Shown piece after piece: positions 1 through 9,460 of a stretch of DNA of 64,000 bases (its first letter is position 1; every line of letters starts with the position of its first letter). The notes beneath the pieces were generated by a model that saw nothing but the letters and a program-made list of their open reading frames with translations, was not told the DNA's origin and did not search any database. Position numbers and translations under genes: made by a program. Where the stretch lies: assembly GCA_035279665.1 (NCBI GenBank), contig DATEHI010000152.1, forward strand, positions 1,350 through 65,349, written 5' to 3'. This stretch comes from Candidatus Dormiibacterota bacterium (GTDB lineage: Bacteria > Chloroflexota > Dormibacteria > CF-121).

Positions 1-1171
1 GATTCATCGGATGTGACTCCCGAGATCGCGACCACGCTGGTCGACACGAACACCATTCCGAGTCCGACGGCAAGGACCACGAGCGGACCGAGGACGTGCG
101 ATCCGTAGCCGGAGGAGATGGTGACGCCCGAGAGCCAGAAGAGCCCGATGGCGACCAACAGCGCTCCCAGGGTCATCGGCGCACGGGGGCCGATCCGCCC
201 GATGAGGCGTGAGGTGATACCGGCGCCGAGGCCGACACCAAGGGCGGTGGGAAGGAACGCGACGCCGGCTTCTAACGGACTGAAGCGAAGCACGTTCTGC
301 AGGAACAGCGTCAGCAGGAACAACATCCCGGACAGCGTCGCGCCGATTGCCAGCGACAGCACGTAGGCAGCCGACCGATTCCGATTAGCGAAGATCCGAA
401 GCGGCATCAATGGCTGGCGGCTGAGTGCCTCGATCGCGACAAAGACCACGAGCAGCCCGAGCGCGATCGCGAGGGTCGCAACCGTCGCGGCGTCACGCCA
501 ACCGTGCGTTGCCGCCCGCGACAGGCTGTACACCAGCAGCGTGGCGCCCGCCGTCACCGAGATCGCGCCGGGCAGGTCGAGGCGCCCGCGCCGTCCCGGG
601 GTGGCCAGCAAGACACGGGGTGCCACAAGCGCCAGCGCAATGCCGACCGGCACGTTGACGAACAGGATCCATCGCCACGAGAAGTAGTTGGTGATGAAGC
701 CCCCCAGAAGGAGTCCGAGGGCGCCTCCGCCCGCGGAGACCGCGGAATAGACACCGAGCGCGCGGTTGCGGGCCTTTCCCTCCGTAAACGTGTCGGCGAG
801 CAAGGAGAGGGCGGTCGGGGCCACGATCGCGCCACCGACTCCCTGCGCGACCCGAGCGACGATGAGCAATGTCGAGGTGGCGGCAAGCCCTCCGGCCAGG
901 GATCCGACGGTAAAGAGGAGCGTGCCGGTAATGAACATGCGGCGCCGTCCAAACAGGTCGCCGGCGCGACCGCCGAGCAGGAGCAGCCCGCCGAAGGCGA
1001 TGGCATAGGCGTTGACCACCCACTCGAGGTTGGTGGCGGTAAAGTGCAGCGATCGTTGGATCGACGGCAATGCGACGTTGACGATCGCGACATCGAGCAC
1101 CACCATCAACTGCGCCACGGCGATGACGGCGAGGGCGAGGCCGAGATTACGGGGACGCGGAGCTGTCGTCA
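1..1171 (-). CDS. MFS transporter, DHA2 (EmrB/QacA-like) drug-efflux family. N-terminal 390 aa only; the gene continues past the window start
   Basis: The reverse-strand translation from the ATG at 1171 gives MTTAPRPRNLGLALAVIAVAQLMVVLDVAIVNVALPSIQRSL...GRRRMFITG..., a typical 12-14 TMS MFS signature. The frame stays open to position 1, so the ORF is absent from the supplied track because it is incomplete. Confidence 0.8.
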
Positions 1172-1184
1172 TTCTGTTTTTCTC

Positions 1185-1610
1185 CTATGCGACCCGAAGC
1201 CGCAGGTATTCGTTGATGCCGATGAGGCGGAACTGCAGCCGCTCATAGCGGGGAAACGCCGGCGCGGCCGTGGCGTAGTCGATGACGTCGGGCTCGACCA
1301 GGGTGTAATCCTTGCCGCGATAGGTGACCACGCATCCGCCGGCGGCCAGCACATTCCGGTACCATGCCGCGTCCTCACCGAAGGTCCGCGGCATGATGAA
1401 GTTGTTGCCCAGCGGGCGCATCCCGAGGGGCGTGGCATAGGATCGGCCGGTGCGCCGGCCACGGTGGTGCAGGATGCCCAGGATGGGGATCCATCGCCGT
1501 CCGGCGATCCGCAGGATGACGGGATTCACGAAGCGGGCAACGGACCGGACCACGCGCCGAGTACGCGGTCCGAGAGAGGTCGTGTGGATCGCCGTGTGTG
1601 CAATGGTCAT
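1185..1610 (-). CDS. Deazaflavin (F420)-dependent nitroreductase-family protein (Ddn-like, DUF385)
   Basis: The 141-aa product MTIAHTAIHTT...PVILRIAGRRWIPILG...VTYRGKDYTL is a split-barrel Ddn-like protein. A GGAGGT RBS sits 6 nt upstream of the ATG at 1610. The longer ORF in the track (to 1667) has no RBS. Confidence 0.65.
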   Translation of the reverse strand: MTIAHTAIHTTSLGPRTRRVVRSVARFVNPVILRIAGRRWIPILGILHHRGRRTGRSYATPLGMRPLGNNFIMPRTFGEDAAWYRNVLAAGGCVVTYRGKDYTLVEPDVIDYATAAPAFPRYERLQFRLIGINEYLRLRVA

Positions 1611-1763
1611 TTCTGAACCTCCAAAGGCGAATGAGTCATGACTCGTGCCACTAGGACGGCGAAGCACGCTAGAACGTGACGTCGGCGGCCGATGTCACAT
1701 TCCTGAGCCCTGTCCCGTCCTTATCTCGATGCATATCGCATGCTTAAGGCGAGGCGACGGCCG

Positions 1764-2663
1764 ATGATGGAAAACGATGCGTGGGTCACACAGGCGTGGT
1801 CGGATCACCACGGCTTCTTGCTGGACGTCGCCTACCGACTGCTGGGCAGTTACAGCGAAGCGGAGGACACCGTGCAGGAAGCCTTCACCAAGCTCCTCCG
1901 CACCGACCTCGACCCGATCGACGACATGCGGGCCTGGCTCGTCGTCGTCGTCAGCCGGCTCTGCCTCGACCAGCTGCGATCGGCCAGGGTCCGCCGCGAA
2001 GCCTACGTGGGGCCGTGGTTCCCCGAGCCGCTGATCCACTCGGACACGATGTCCGACCCGGCCGACATCGTGACCATGGACGAGAGCGTTCGGATGGCGC
2101 TGCTGATCGTCCTGGAACGAATGTCGCCTGCCGAGCGCGTCGTGTTTGTGCTCCACGACGTCTTCGACTTTCCATTTGAAAAAGTCGCGCCCATGGTGAA
2201 GAAGTCGCCGGCCGCATGCCGGCAACTCGCCAGTCGAGCGCGCCGGCGCATCAACGAAGAGGCGGCCTTACCTCGGTTCGCGATCGATCCCCAGGAGCAG
2301 CGCCGGGTCGTCGATGCGTTCATCGCGGCCTGCGCGGGTGGGGACCTCGAGGCGCTGCTTCCGCTACTGGATCCTTCAGTTGTCGGATGGGCCGATGTCG
2401 GCGGGACGCTGGCCGTCGTCAGCCAGCCGAATGTCGGCCGCGAGACGGTCGCCCAGCAAGTGATGAAATTCTTCGGCGACCCGGCCACGACCCTGACCGC
2501 CCGAGAAATCAATGGTGAGGCCGGCATCGTCGCCTTGCGCGAGGGGGCCGTCGCCGCCGTTCTGGCTCTCACCGTCAGGGACCACCTGATCGTGCGCATC
2601 TACGCCGTCGTGGATCCGCGCAAGCTGGTTCAGGTCAAGCGGGTGCTCGACACGTCGCACTGA
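1764..2663 (+). CDS. ECF sigma factor with C-terminal SnoaL-like domain (SigJ-like)
   Basis: Sigma-70 region 2 and 4 motifs (DTVQEAFTKL, LSPAERVVFVLHDVFDFPFEKVA) are followed by a SnoaL-like extension. ATG at 1764 is preceded by AGGCGAGG; 1740 is an alternative start. Confidence 0.75.
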   Translation: MMENDAWVTQAWSDHHGFLLDVAYRLLGSYSEAEDTVQEAFTKLLRTDLDPIDDMRAWLVVVVSRLCLDQLRSARVRREAYVGPWFPEPLIHSDTMSDPADIVTMDESVRMALLIVLERMSPAERVVFVLHDVFDFPFEKVAPMVKKSPAACRQLASRARRRINEEAALPRFAIDPQEQRRVVDAFIAACAGGDLEALLPLLDPSVVGWADVGGTLAVVSQPNVGRETVAQQVMKFFGDPATTLTAREINGEAGIVALREGAVAAVLALTVRDHLIVRIYAVVDPRKLVQVKRVLDTSH

Positions 2664-3915
2664 GCGGCCCGCTCGAGCAGCTGTTCGCGCTGGCGAGCAT
2701 TGAGAGTCAAACTCGCCGCACGCTCGAACTCCACGCGGGCTTCATCGAAGCGTGCGAGCTTGGCGAGGAGGTCACCCCGCACGCTCGGCAAATACTGATA
2801 GCTCGCCAGCGACGGCTCGGCGGTGAGCGCATCGACGAGCCCGAGCCCCGCCGCCGGGCCGAATGCCATGCCATGGGCGACCGCCCGATTCAACTCCACC
2901 ACAGGTGATGGCGCGAGGTGGGCGAGGGCGTCGTAGAGCGCCGCGATCCGCGCCCAGTCCGTTTCGGCCGCCGTCCGAGCCCGGGCGTGGCAGGCGGCAA
3001 TCGCGGCCTGTAGCGCGTAGGGTCCGAGCCCACCGCCGAGTTGCTCGGCACGCTCCAGCGAGACGACTCCACGGCGGATCAACAGTTGATCCCAGCGTCC
3101 ACGGTCCTGGTCGAGCAAGAGAACCGGGTCTCCGCTTCGACCGATTCGGGCGCGCGTGCGTGAAGCCTGGATCTCCATCAGCGCGACGAGACCGTGCACC
3201 TCCGGCTCCCTGGGGGTGAGCTCGGCGAGGATCCGGCCGAGACGAAGCGCGTCCTCGCAGAGCGCGGGGCGCAGCCAATCATCACCCGCCGTGGCCGCGT
3301 AGCCCTCATTGAAGATGAGGTAGATCACCTCGAGGACCGATGACAGTCTGGCCGCACGCGCGGCTCCCTGCGGCACCCCGAAAGGAACTCGTGCTTCGTG
3401 AAGCGCCCGCTTGGCCCGCACGATTCGTTGGGCGATGGCTGGTTCAGCAACGAGAAACGCTCGCGCGATCTCTTCGGTCGTCAGGCCGCCGAGGAGGCGA
3501 AGGGTCAGCGCGACCCTCGCCTCGGTCGAGAGCACCGGGTGACAGGCAGTGAAGATGAGACGAAGGAGGTCGTCCCCGAAGTCATCGTCAGTGACGGCCT
3601 CGAATTCCCGCTCGGATATCTCATGCTCGACCCCCAGCAATTCGTGTCCCATTTCCTCGTACTTCAGCTCGAGGCGTTTCCTTCGGCGAAGGAGATCGAT
3701 CGCGCGATGTTTTGCGGTGCCCATGAGCCAGGCGCCCGGTCTGTCGGGAATCCCCGATCGCGGCCATTGTTCGAGCGCCGCAACCAACGCGTCCTGCGCG
3801 AGCTCCTCCGCGAGGCCGACTTCGTGCACGATGCGCGCGAGGCCGGCAATCAGCCGGGCAGACTCGATCCTCCAGACAGCGTCAATCGCGCGACGCGTGT
3901 CGGTCGCCGTCGTCT
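2630..3915 (-). CDS. ECF-type sigma factor with C-terminal TPR-like domain (COG4941 family); start codon unresolved
   Basis: WRIESARLIAGLARIVHEVGLAEELAQDALVAALEQW...AKHRAIDLLRRR are sigma region 2 motifs, followed by a long helical C-terminal domain. No ATG/GTG/TTG exists between the upstream YciI stop (3916) and the conserved N-terminus. The first in-frame ATG (4099) lies deep inside the upstream gene. Confidence 0.6.
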
Positions 3916-4341
3916 CTACTGCCTGGCGGCCGCCTGCGAACGCAGGCGCTCCTCCCGCTTCCTGGCCTCTGGCGTCAGGTTGGCACCGAAGTCGTCGGCC
4001 TCGTAGACCTGACGAATCTCGACCTCGCCCTCCTCGCCGGTGGGGTTGGGGATGCGCCTGACCCATTCGAGCGCCTCGTCCAACGATTTCACCTGCCACA
4101 GCCAGAAGCCGGCGATCAACTCCTTCGTCTCGGCGAATGGCCCATCGACGACCGTCCGCTTGGTGCCGGCGAACTTGACGCGCGCGCCTTTCGAGCTCGG
4201 CTGGAGCCCCTCGCCGGCGAGCATCACGCCGGCCTTCATCAGCTCCTCATTGAACTGGCCCATCTCGGTCAGGAGCTGCTCACTGGGAAGCACGCCCGCC
4301 TCCGACTGCTGGCTGGCCTTGATCAGGATCATGAATCGCAT
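3916..4341 (-). CDS. YciI-family protein (DGPF motif), the usual partner of COG4941 sigma factors
   Basis: The 141-aa product contains DGPFAETKE. It lies immediately upstream and co-directional with the sigma gene, and its stop abuts or overlaps the sigma N-terminus. Confidence 0.75.
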   Translation of the reverse strand: MRFMILIKASQQSEAGVLPSEQLLTEMGQFNEELMKAGVMLAGEGLQPSSKGARVKFAGTKRTVVDGPFAETKELIAGFWLWQVKSLDEALEWVRRIPNPTGEEGEVEIRQVYEADDFGANLTPEARKREERLRSQAAARQ

Positions 4342-4492
4342 CGTTGTGTCCTCCTTGGTGATGGTCTCTACCTGGACGTCGAATGGCGACCAGCCAAATC
4401 GACAACGGCCTGTGGATGATGCCCATTGATGACGGTCGCCCCGCCTGCTAGTCTATGCGGGTTTCCGGCAGGCACCAGGGAGGGGACAGGCC

Positions 4493-7400
4493 GTGATTCG
4501 ACAGCGTGCATCGCGACTTCGCAGGTTGAGTCTCACGGTCGGCCTGGCGCTCGCACTCCTGCCGGTCGGGCTTTCGCCAATCAGTGGATGGGCATCCCAC
4601 GCGGCATCGGACGGGCCGGGAAATCTGTCGCACTTCGACCTGGCGCGGAAGGATTGCCTGGGCACCGCCCGGAACACCACGTCGAAAGTCTGGTTCACGG
4701 TCGCCAACGGTGTCCTGAGCGACGTCTATTTCCCGACCGCGGACAACACGAATGTCGAAACCCTCCAACTCGTCGTGACGGACGGGCGCACCTTCACGGA
4801 CCTGCAGACGCGCGACATGACCTACACGGTGAGGGCGCCGGATGCGCGGTCACTCGAATGCCAGGTGACCAGCACGGCAAAAAGCGGACGGTACCGGATC
4901 ACGACCGACTATCTCACCGATCCCGCGCGGAACACGCTGCTGATGCGCATCGCGTTCGAGCCGCAGGAGGGCGACAACGCGAACTATCACGTCTATCTTC
5001 GGTACGACCCGAGCATCAATGGCAATGGCGGGGGCGGTTCGGGCAACGGGGGTGGTGACTCCGGCCTCATCGATACCTCGACTGGGCACGCAGTTCCCGT
5101 CGCCTTCGACACCACGACCACGAGCCAGGCGGTCAACCGCACTTACGCGGTCCCGGTCTTCAGCGCGCTCGATGCCTCGCGGCCCTTCCGCCAGGTTAGC
5201 AACGGCTTCAAGGGCGCCGCCAGCGATGGTCTCACCCAGCTTGATGCGTCTCACGCGATGACCTCCACCAACGACACCGCCAGCAACGGCAACCTCGTCC
5301 AGACCGCGCAGCTCGACTTCGCCGAGGAGGGTGAGCTGACTCTGGCGCTCGGCTTCGGCACCACCCAGGCGCAGGCTGTCGCCGCCGCCGCCGGCTCGCT
5401 GCACGGCGAATTCGATGACGTGCGGGGCTCCTTCCAGGCCGGCTGGCACGCGTACGACGCCTCGCTGATCAAGCCGCCAGCCCACGTGGCCGGCGTGACG
5501 CGAAGCCAGTGGCGCCAGCTGGTGAACGGCTACTACTTGAGCGCCAACGTCGTCAAAGCCAGCGAGGACAAGACGTTTCCCGGCGCGATCGTAGCCAGCC
5601 TCGCGTCGCCCTGGGGCCAGGCGATCTCGGCCGGCGACCCCAACAATCTCTACTTCGGCTCGTACCGGGAGGTCTTTGCGCGCGATCTCTACGAGGCCTG
5701 GACCGCACTCATGGTGGATGGCGACGTGCAGACCGCGCGTGCTGCGGCGCGGTTCCTCCTGGAGCGGCAGCAGCTCCCGGATGGATCCATGCCGCGCAAC
5801 AGCCTGCTCAACGGCAAGGTGGCGCCCGACTCCTTCAACACCCAGCTGGACGAAGTGAGCTACCCGATCGTGATGGCCTACCAGCTCGGCATGACCGACT
5901 CCGTCCTGTATCAGAACCACATCCGATCGGCGATCGATTTCTTGATCGCGCACGGCCCGTCCTTCGGTCCTGAGCGCTGGGAAGAGCAGGGCGGCTTCTC
6001 ACCCTCCACGATCGCGGCCGAAGTCGCCGGGCTCGTGGCAGGCGCGACGATTGCCGAGGCCAACGGCGATACCGCAACGGCGAATGTGGCGCGCGCCGTC
6101 GCCGACGACTGGCAGCGGAGCCTTCCCGGCTGGGCCGTCACGACCAACGGGCCGCTCGCGAGCCATCCGTACTACATCCGTCTTTCGAAGTCGGGCGATC
6201 CCAACGCGGCCATCTCGTACAACGTCGGCAATGGCGGCCCGACGCTGGACCAGCGCGCGATCATCGACCAGGGGTTCCTGGAGATGGTGCGCCTCGGCCT
6301 GACGCCGGCCTCGGATCCGACCATCGCGCAGTCGCTCCCGGTCGTCGACGCCACCATCAAGGCCGACACGTCGACCGGCGCCGGCTTCCATCGCTACAAC
6401 GGTGACGGCTATGGCGACGGTGCCGGCGATGGGCACCCATGGGCGCCGTCGGGCAAAGGCACCGGCCATCTGTGGCCGGCGCTGGCGGGTGAGCGGGGCG
6501 AGTACGAGCTCGCGACCGGCAATGCCGCCGCCGGATGGCAACGTCTGATCGCGATGCTGGGCGGCGCCTCGGGTCCCGGGTTGATCCCGGAGCAGGTCTG
6601 GGAGCTGCCCGACCTCGCCGCCTCACCGTTCGGGACGGATCCGACCGTCGCCTCGATCGGGTTCCACAACGGCGGGCCGGCGGGGTCGGCATCGCCGCTG
6701 ACATGGTCGGACGCGCAGTACGTTCGCCTGATGCGCGATCTGAGTGCCGGCAAGGTGCTCGAGCAGCCGGCCATTGTGGCCAACCGGTATGTCGCGCATC
6801 AGCAGGGACAGACCAGCCTGACCGTCACCCAGCCGGCCGACAACAGCGCGGTCGCCGGGTCCCCGGTCACGGTAGCCGGCACGTCGCTGCCGGGCAACAC
6901 GATCTCCGTCGCGGCGACGAACACCGATAACAACAGCCAGACCACGACGGGGACGACCGCGGTTCAGCCCGACGGCAGCTTCAGCCTGTTGGTACCGGTC
7001 GGCGGAGGCACGACGGTGGTGAACATCGTGGCCGTGAGCCCCACCGGCGCGACCGCGCACGTGCAGCGGAGCATCGTGTTTGACTTCACGCCGGGAACGG
7101 TCCTCCTGGACGTCACCGACCCGAGTGGCGACGACAACGGGCCCGGGAACTATGCGTATCCGACGGCCGGGGACTTCCATGCGGGCGCGTTCGACATCCA
7201 GGAGTTCCGCGTCATCGAGAGTCCGGACGGCGCGACCACCACCTTCAAGTTGAAGGTGCGCGACCTGTCCCCAACGTTTGGCAGCCCGCTCGGCGCGCAG
7301 CTGGTCGACGTCTACGTGCACGACCCGGCCGCCGCGGCGCCGAACACGTCGACGGCGGCGTCGTTCCCTCAGCGCAATTACGCCATCGCGGCCCCCGGGG

Positions 7401-7810
7401 CCTGGAGCCGCCTGGTCGAGGTGCAGGGCTTCGGCCAGCGCTATATCGATGCGCAAGGCACGACCAGGGGAACCGTGACCATCAGTGCCAACGCGATCTC
7501 ACGCTTCATCACCTTCAGCGTGCCGACCGCCAGCCTGGGCGGAGCGCCCGCGTCGGGCTGGGGATTCACGGTCGTCCTCACCGGCCAGGACGGCTTCAGC
7601 CCGGACCAGGCGCGCAGCTTCGCCCCGACGCCGCAGGGCTACCAGTTCGGCGTGTGCGCCACGGCGAGCGCCGACCCGCCTTGCACCTTCGATCCCAACA
7701 AGGTGCCGAAAGCGATGGACGTGCTCACGCCGGTGGGCGTGCTGCAGTCAAACGAGCTCGACTACCTCCTCCACAACCCCGTCACGTTGCAGGACGTCAC
7801 GATTCCGTAG
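4493..7810 (+). CDS. Secreted GH15 glucoamylase/glucodextranase-family protein (1105 aa) with N-terminal beta-sandwich and C-terminal Ig-like domains
   Basis: A GTG start is followed by a signal peptide (LSLTVGLALALLPVGLSPISGWA). The (alpha/alpha)6 region (FPGAIVASLASPWGQA...YFGSYREVFARDLYEAWTAL...LLERQQLPDGSMPRN) is typical of bacterial GH15. Long C-terminal extra domains follow. Confidence 0.8.
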   Translation: MIRQRASRLRRLSLTVGLALALLPVGLSPISGWASHAASDGPGNLSHFDLARKDCLGTARNTTSKVWFTVANGVLSDVYFPTADNTNVETLQLVVTDGRTFTDLQTRDMTYTVRAPDARSLECQVTSTAKSGRYRITTDYLTDPARNTLLMRIAFEPQEGDNANYHVYLRYDPSINGNGGGGSGNGGGDSGLIDTSTGHAVPVAFDTTTTSQAVNRTYAVPVFSALDASRPFRQVSNGFKGAASDGLTQLDASHAMTSTNDTASNGNLVQTAQLDFAEEGELTLALGFGTTQAQAVAAAAGSLHGEFDDVRGSFQAGWHAYDASLIKPPAHVAGVTRSQWRQLVNGYYLSANVVKASEDKTFPGAIVASLASPWGQAISAGDPNNLYFGSYREVFARDLYEAWTALMVDGDVQTARAAARFLLERQQLPDGSMPRNSLLNGKVAPDSFNTQLDEVSYPIVMAYQLGMTDSVLYQNHIRSAIDFLIAHGPSFGPERWEEQGGFSPSTIAAEVAGLVAGATIAEANGDTATANVARAVADDWQRSLPGWAVTTNGPLASHPYYIRLSKSGDPNAAISYNVGNGGPTLDQRAIIDQGFLEMVRLGLTPASDPTIAQSLPVVDATIKADTSTGAGFHRYNGDGYGDGAGDGHPWAPSGKGTGHLWPALAGERGEYELATGNAAAGWQRLIAMLGGASGPGLIPEQVWELPDLAASPFGTDPTVASIGFHNGGPAGSASPLTWSDAQYVRLMRDLSAGKVLEQPAIVANRYVAHQQGQTSLTVTQPADNSAVAGSPVTVAGTSLPGNTISVAATNTDNNSQTTTGTTAVQPDGSFSLLVPVGGGTTVVNIVAVSPTGATAHVQRSIVFDFTPGTVLLDVTDPSGDDNGPGNYAYPTAGDFHAGAFDIQEFRVIESPDGATTTFKLKVRDLSPTFGSPLGAQLVDVYVHDPAAAAPNTSTAASFPQRNYAIAAPGAWSRLVEVQGFGQRYIDAQGTTRGTVTISANAISRFITFSVPTASLGGAPASGWGFTVVLTGQDGFSPDQARSFAPTPQGYQFGVCATASADPPCTFDPNKVPKAMDVLTPVGVLQSNELDYLLHNPVTLQDVTIP

Positions 7811-7939
7811 TCCGTCATTCGGTTGGCGGGGGCCACGTCGCCGCATCGCCGAGCAGGGTCTCGGCTGCCGCGGCCTGGATCGTCGCCGCATCATCATGCG
7901 CGCCTGGTGGCTGGAGGATGTAGTCTTAACCGCCTTGTC

Positions 7940-8491
7940 ATGACGGACGTAAATCCGAGACCGAGCCGCGTCGACCTGCGCAAGCAGATGGAAGAGATTA
8001 CCCGCTTGCGCCGAGAAATGAGCGCCAGGACCCCGGAGCAGCGGCGGATCACCACGCGGGCGGTCGCGCGACTCCTCGAGGACGTCCACCTGGAAGGACG
8101 GATGGGGAAGTTCGTGGTCGAGTCCGACGAGCCGCTGGCACGCGGCGGCACCGAGAAGGGTCCGTCGCCGCTGCAGTACGTGATGATGGGGACCGCCTTT
8201 TGACTGCTCACCCAGCTGGCGCGGTTCGCGCCGCTCTACGAGGTCCCGATCGAGGACGCCTCGGCTGACGTGCGAGCCACCTTCCACAACACCGAGAAAT
8301 ACGATGTCGACGACGCCCCCGCCTACTTCGAAGAGGTGACGGTCGAGCTCGCCGTAATCAGCAGCGCGCCGAGCGCCAGCGTTCGAAAACTGGTGACGCA
8401 TGCCGAGCGTGCCTGCCACGCGGCGCAGTCACTGGCGCATGCGGTGCCCGTGCACCTGCACGCCACGTTGAACCGTAAAGCGCTGCCGTAG
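7940..8491 (+). CDS. OsmC/Ohr-family peroxiredoxin-like protein with an in-frame TGA (8201-8203) at the peroxidatic Cys position. Candidate selenoprotein, or a pseudogene
   Basis: Track ORFs 7823..8203 and 8270..8491 are in the same frame and are separated only by TGA. The join ...GPSPLQYVMMGTAF-U-LLTQLARFA... aligns with the OsmC active-site motif (E. coli AAHAACFSMAL). The second catalytic Cys (HAERACHAAQS) is present downstream. ATG at 7940 (MTDVNPRP...). Confidence 0.6.
8214..8235 (+). other. Putative bacterial SECIS-like hairpin 10 nt downstream of the in-frame UGA
   Basis: AGC-U-GGCGCG-GUU-CGCGCC-GCU is a perfect 3+6 bp stem with a bulged U on the 5' side and a GU-containing apical loop 21-23 nt after UGA. 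This is the geometry of bacterial SECIS elements. Confidence 0.5.
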
Positions 8492-8498
8492 GCCGTCG

Positions 8499-9407
8499 AT
8501 GACTCGCGGATTCGTCGAACGGTTGAACGCGGGCGACGTCCTCTTCGCGGATGGCGCCACCGCGACCAACTACCAGGAGATGGGAATGGGGATCGGCGTT
8601 GCTCCCGAGGAATGGGTGTTCGATCAGCCCAACGCGGTTCGCGACCTTCACTGCGCATTCATCGACGCCGGTGCCGACATCATCCTCACGGATACCTTTG
8701 GCGGAACCTCGCTGCGCCTGCGGGAATCGCGATATGCCGGCCGTGCGACCGAGCTCAACCGCCGAGCCGCCGAGCTGGCCCGGTCGGCGGTTGGATCGCG
8801 CGAGGGCGTGCTGGTGGCCGGCTCGATGGGGCCGACCGGGATCCTGATGGAACCCCTGGGTGACCTCACGGCCGCGGCCGCCGCCGAGGCCTACGCCGAG
8901 CAGGCGGCAGCCCTGAGCGGCGCCGGTGTCGACCTTCTCCTCCTGGAAACCTTCTTTGCGCTCGAAGAGGCGCTGGCGGCCGTCCAGGGAATCCGACAGG
9001 CCAGCGCATTGCCGCTGGTCGTGTCTTTCAGCTTCGACCAGGGGACGCGGACGATGATGGGCCTCAGTCCGACGAGGATGGTCGAGGCCATCCGCCCACT
9101 CGGCGTGGCCGCGATCGGCGCCAACTGCGGCCGGTCGCTCGCCGACATGGAACGCGTCGTCGCGGAATTGGCCGGTCTCCATGCCGGGATTCCCCTGTGG
9201 ATCAAGCCGAACGCCGGCCTGCCGCGGATGGTTGGTGATGTCGCCCGCTACGACACCGGGCCGGACGAGATGGCCGACTATGCCCGGCGATTCGTCGAGG
9301 CCGGTGCGCGAGTCATCGGCGGCTGCTGCGGCAGCTCACCCGAGCACACTCGGCGTATGATCGCCGCGGCGTCTGGAGGGCGCCTCCGGGTCCGCGGGCA
9401 GGACTGA
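8499..9407 (+). CDS. Homocysteine S-methyltransferase family protein (Pfam S-methyl_trans; MmuM/BHMT-like)
   Basis: The 302-aa product has ...GADIILTDTFGGTS... and a C-terminal GGCCGSSPEHT zinc/Hcy-binding motif. Confidence 0.7.
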   Translation: MTRGFVERLNAGDVLFADGATATNYQEMGMGIGVAPEEWVFDQPNAVRDLHCAFIDAGADIILTDTFGGTSLRLRESRYAGRATELNRRAAELARSAVGSREGVLVAGSMGPTGILMEPLGDLTAAAAAEAYAEQAAALSGAGVDLLLLETFFALEEALAAVQGIRQASALPLVVSFSFDQGTRTMMGLSPTRMVEAIRPLGVAAIGANCGRSLADMERVVAELAGLHAGIPLWIKPNAGLPRMVGDVARYDTGPDEMADYARRFVEAGARVIGGCCGSSPEHTRRMIAAASGGRLRVRGQD

Positions 9408-9460
9408 ATCCACCTCCACGTGCAGGGAGCTCCAGAGCCGCTCCAAACCGTTGATCTGAG

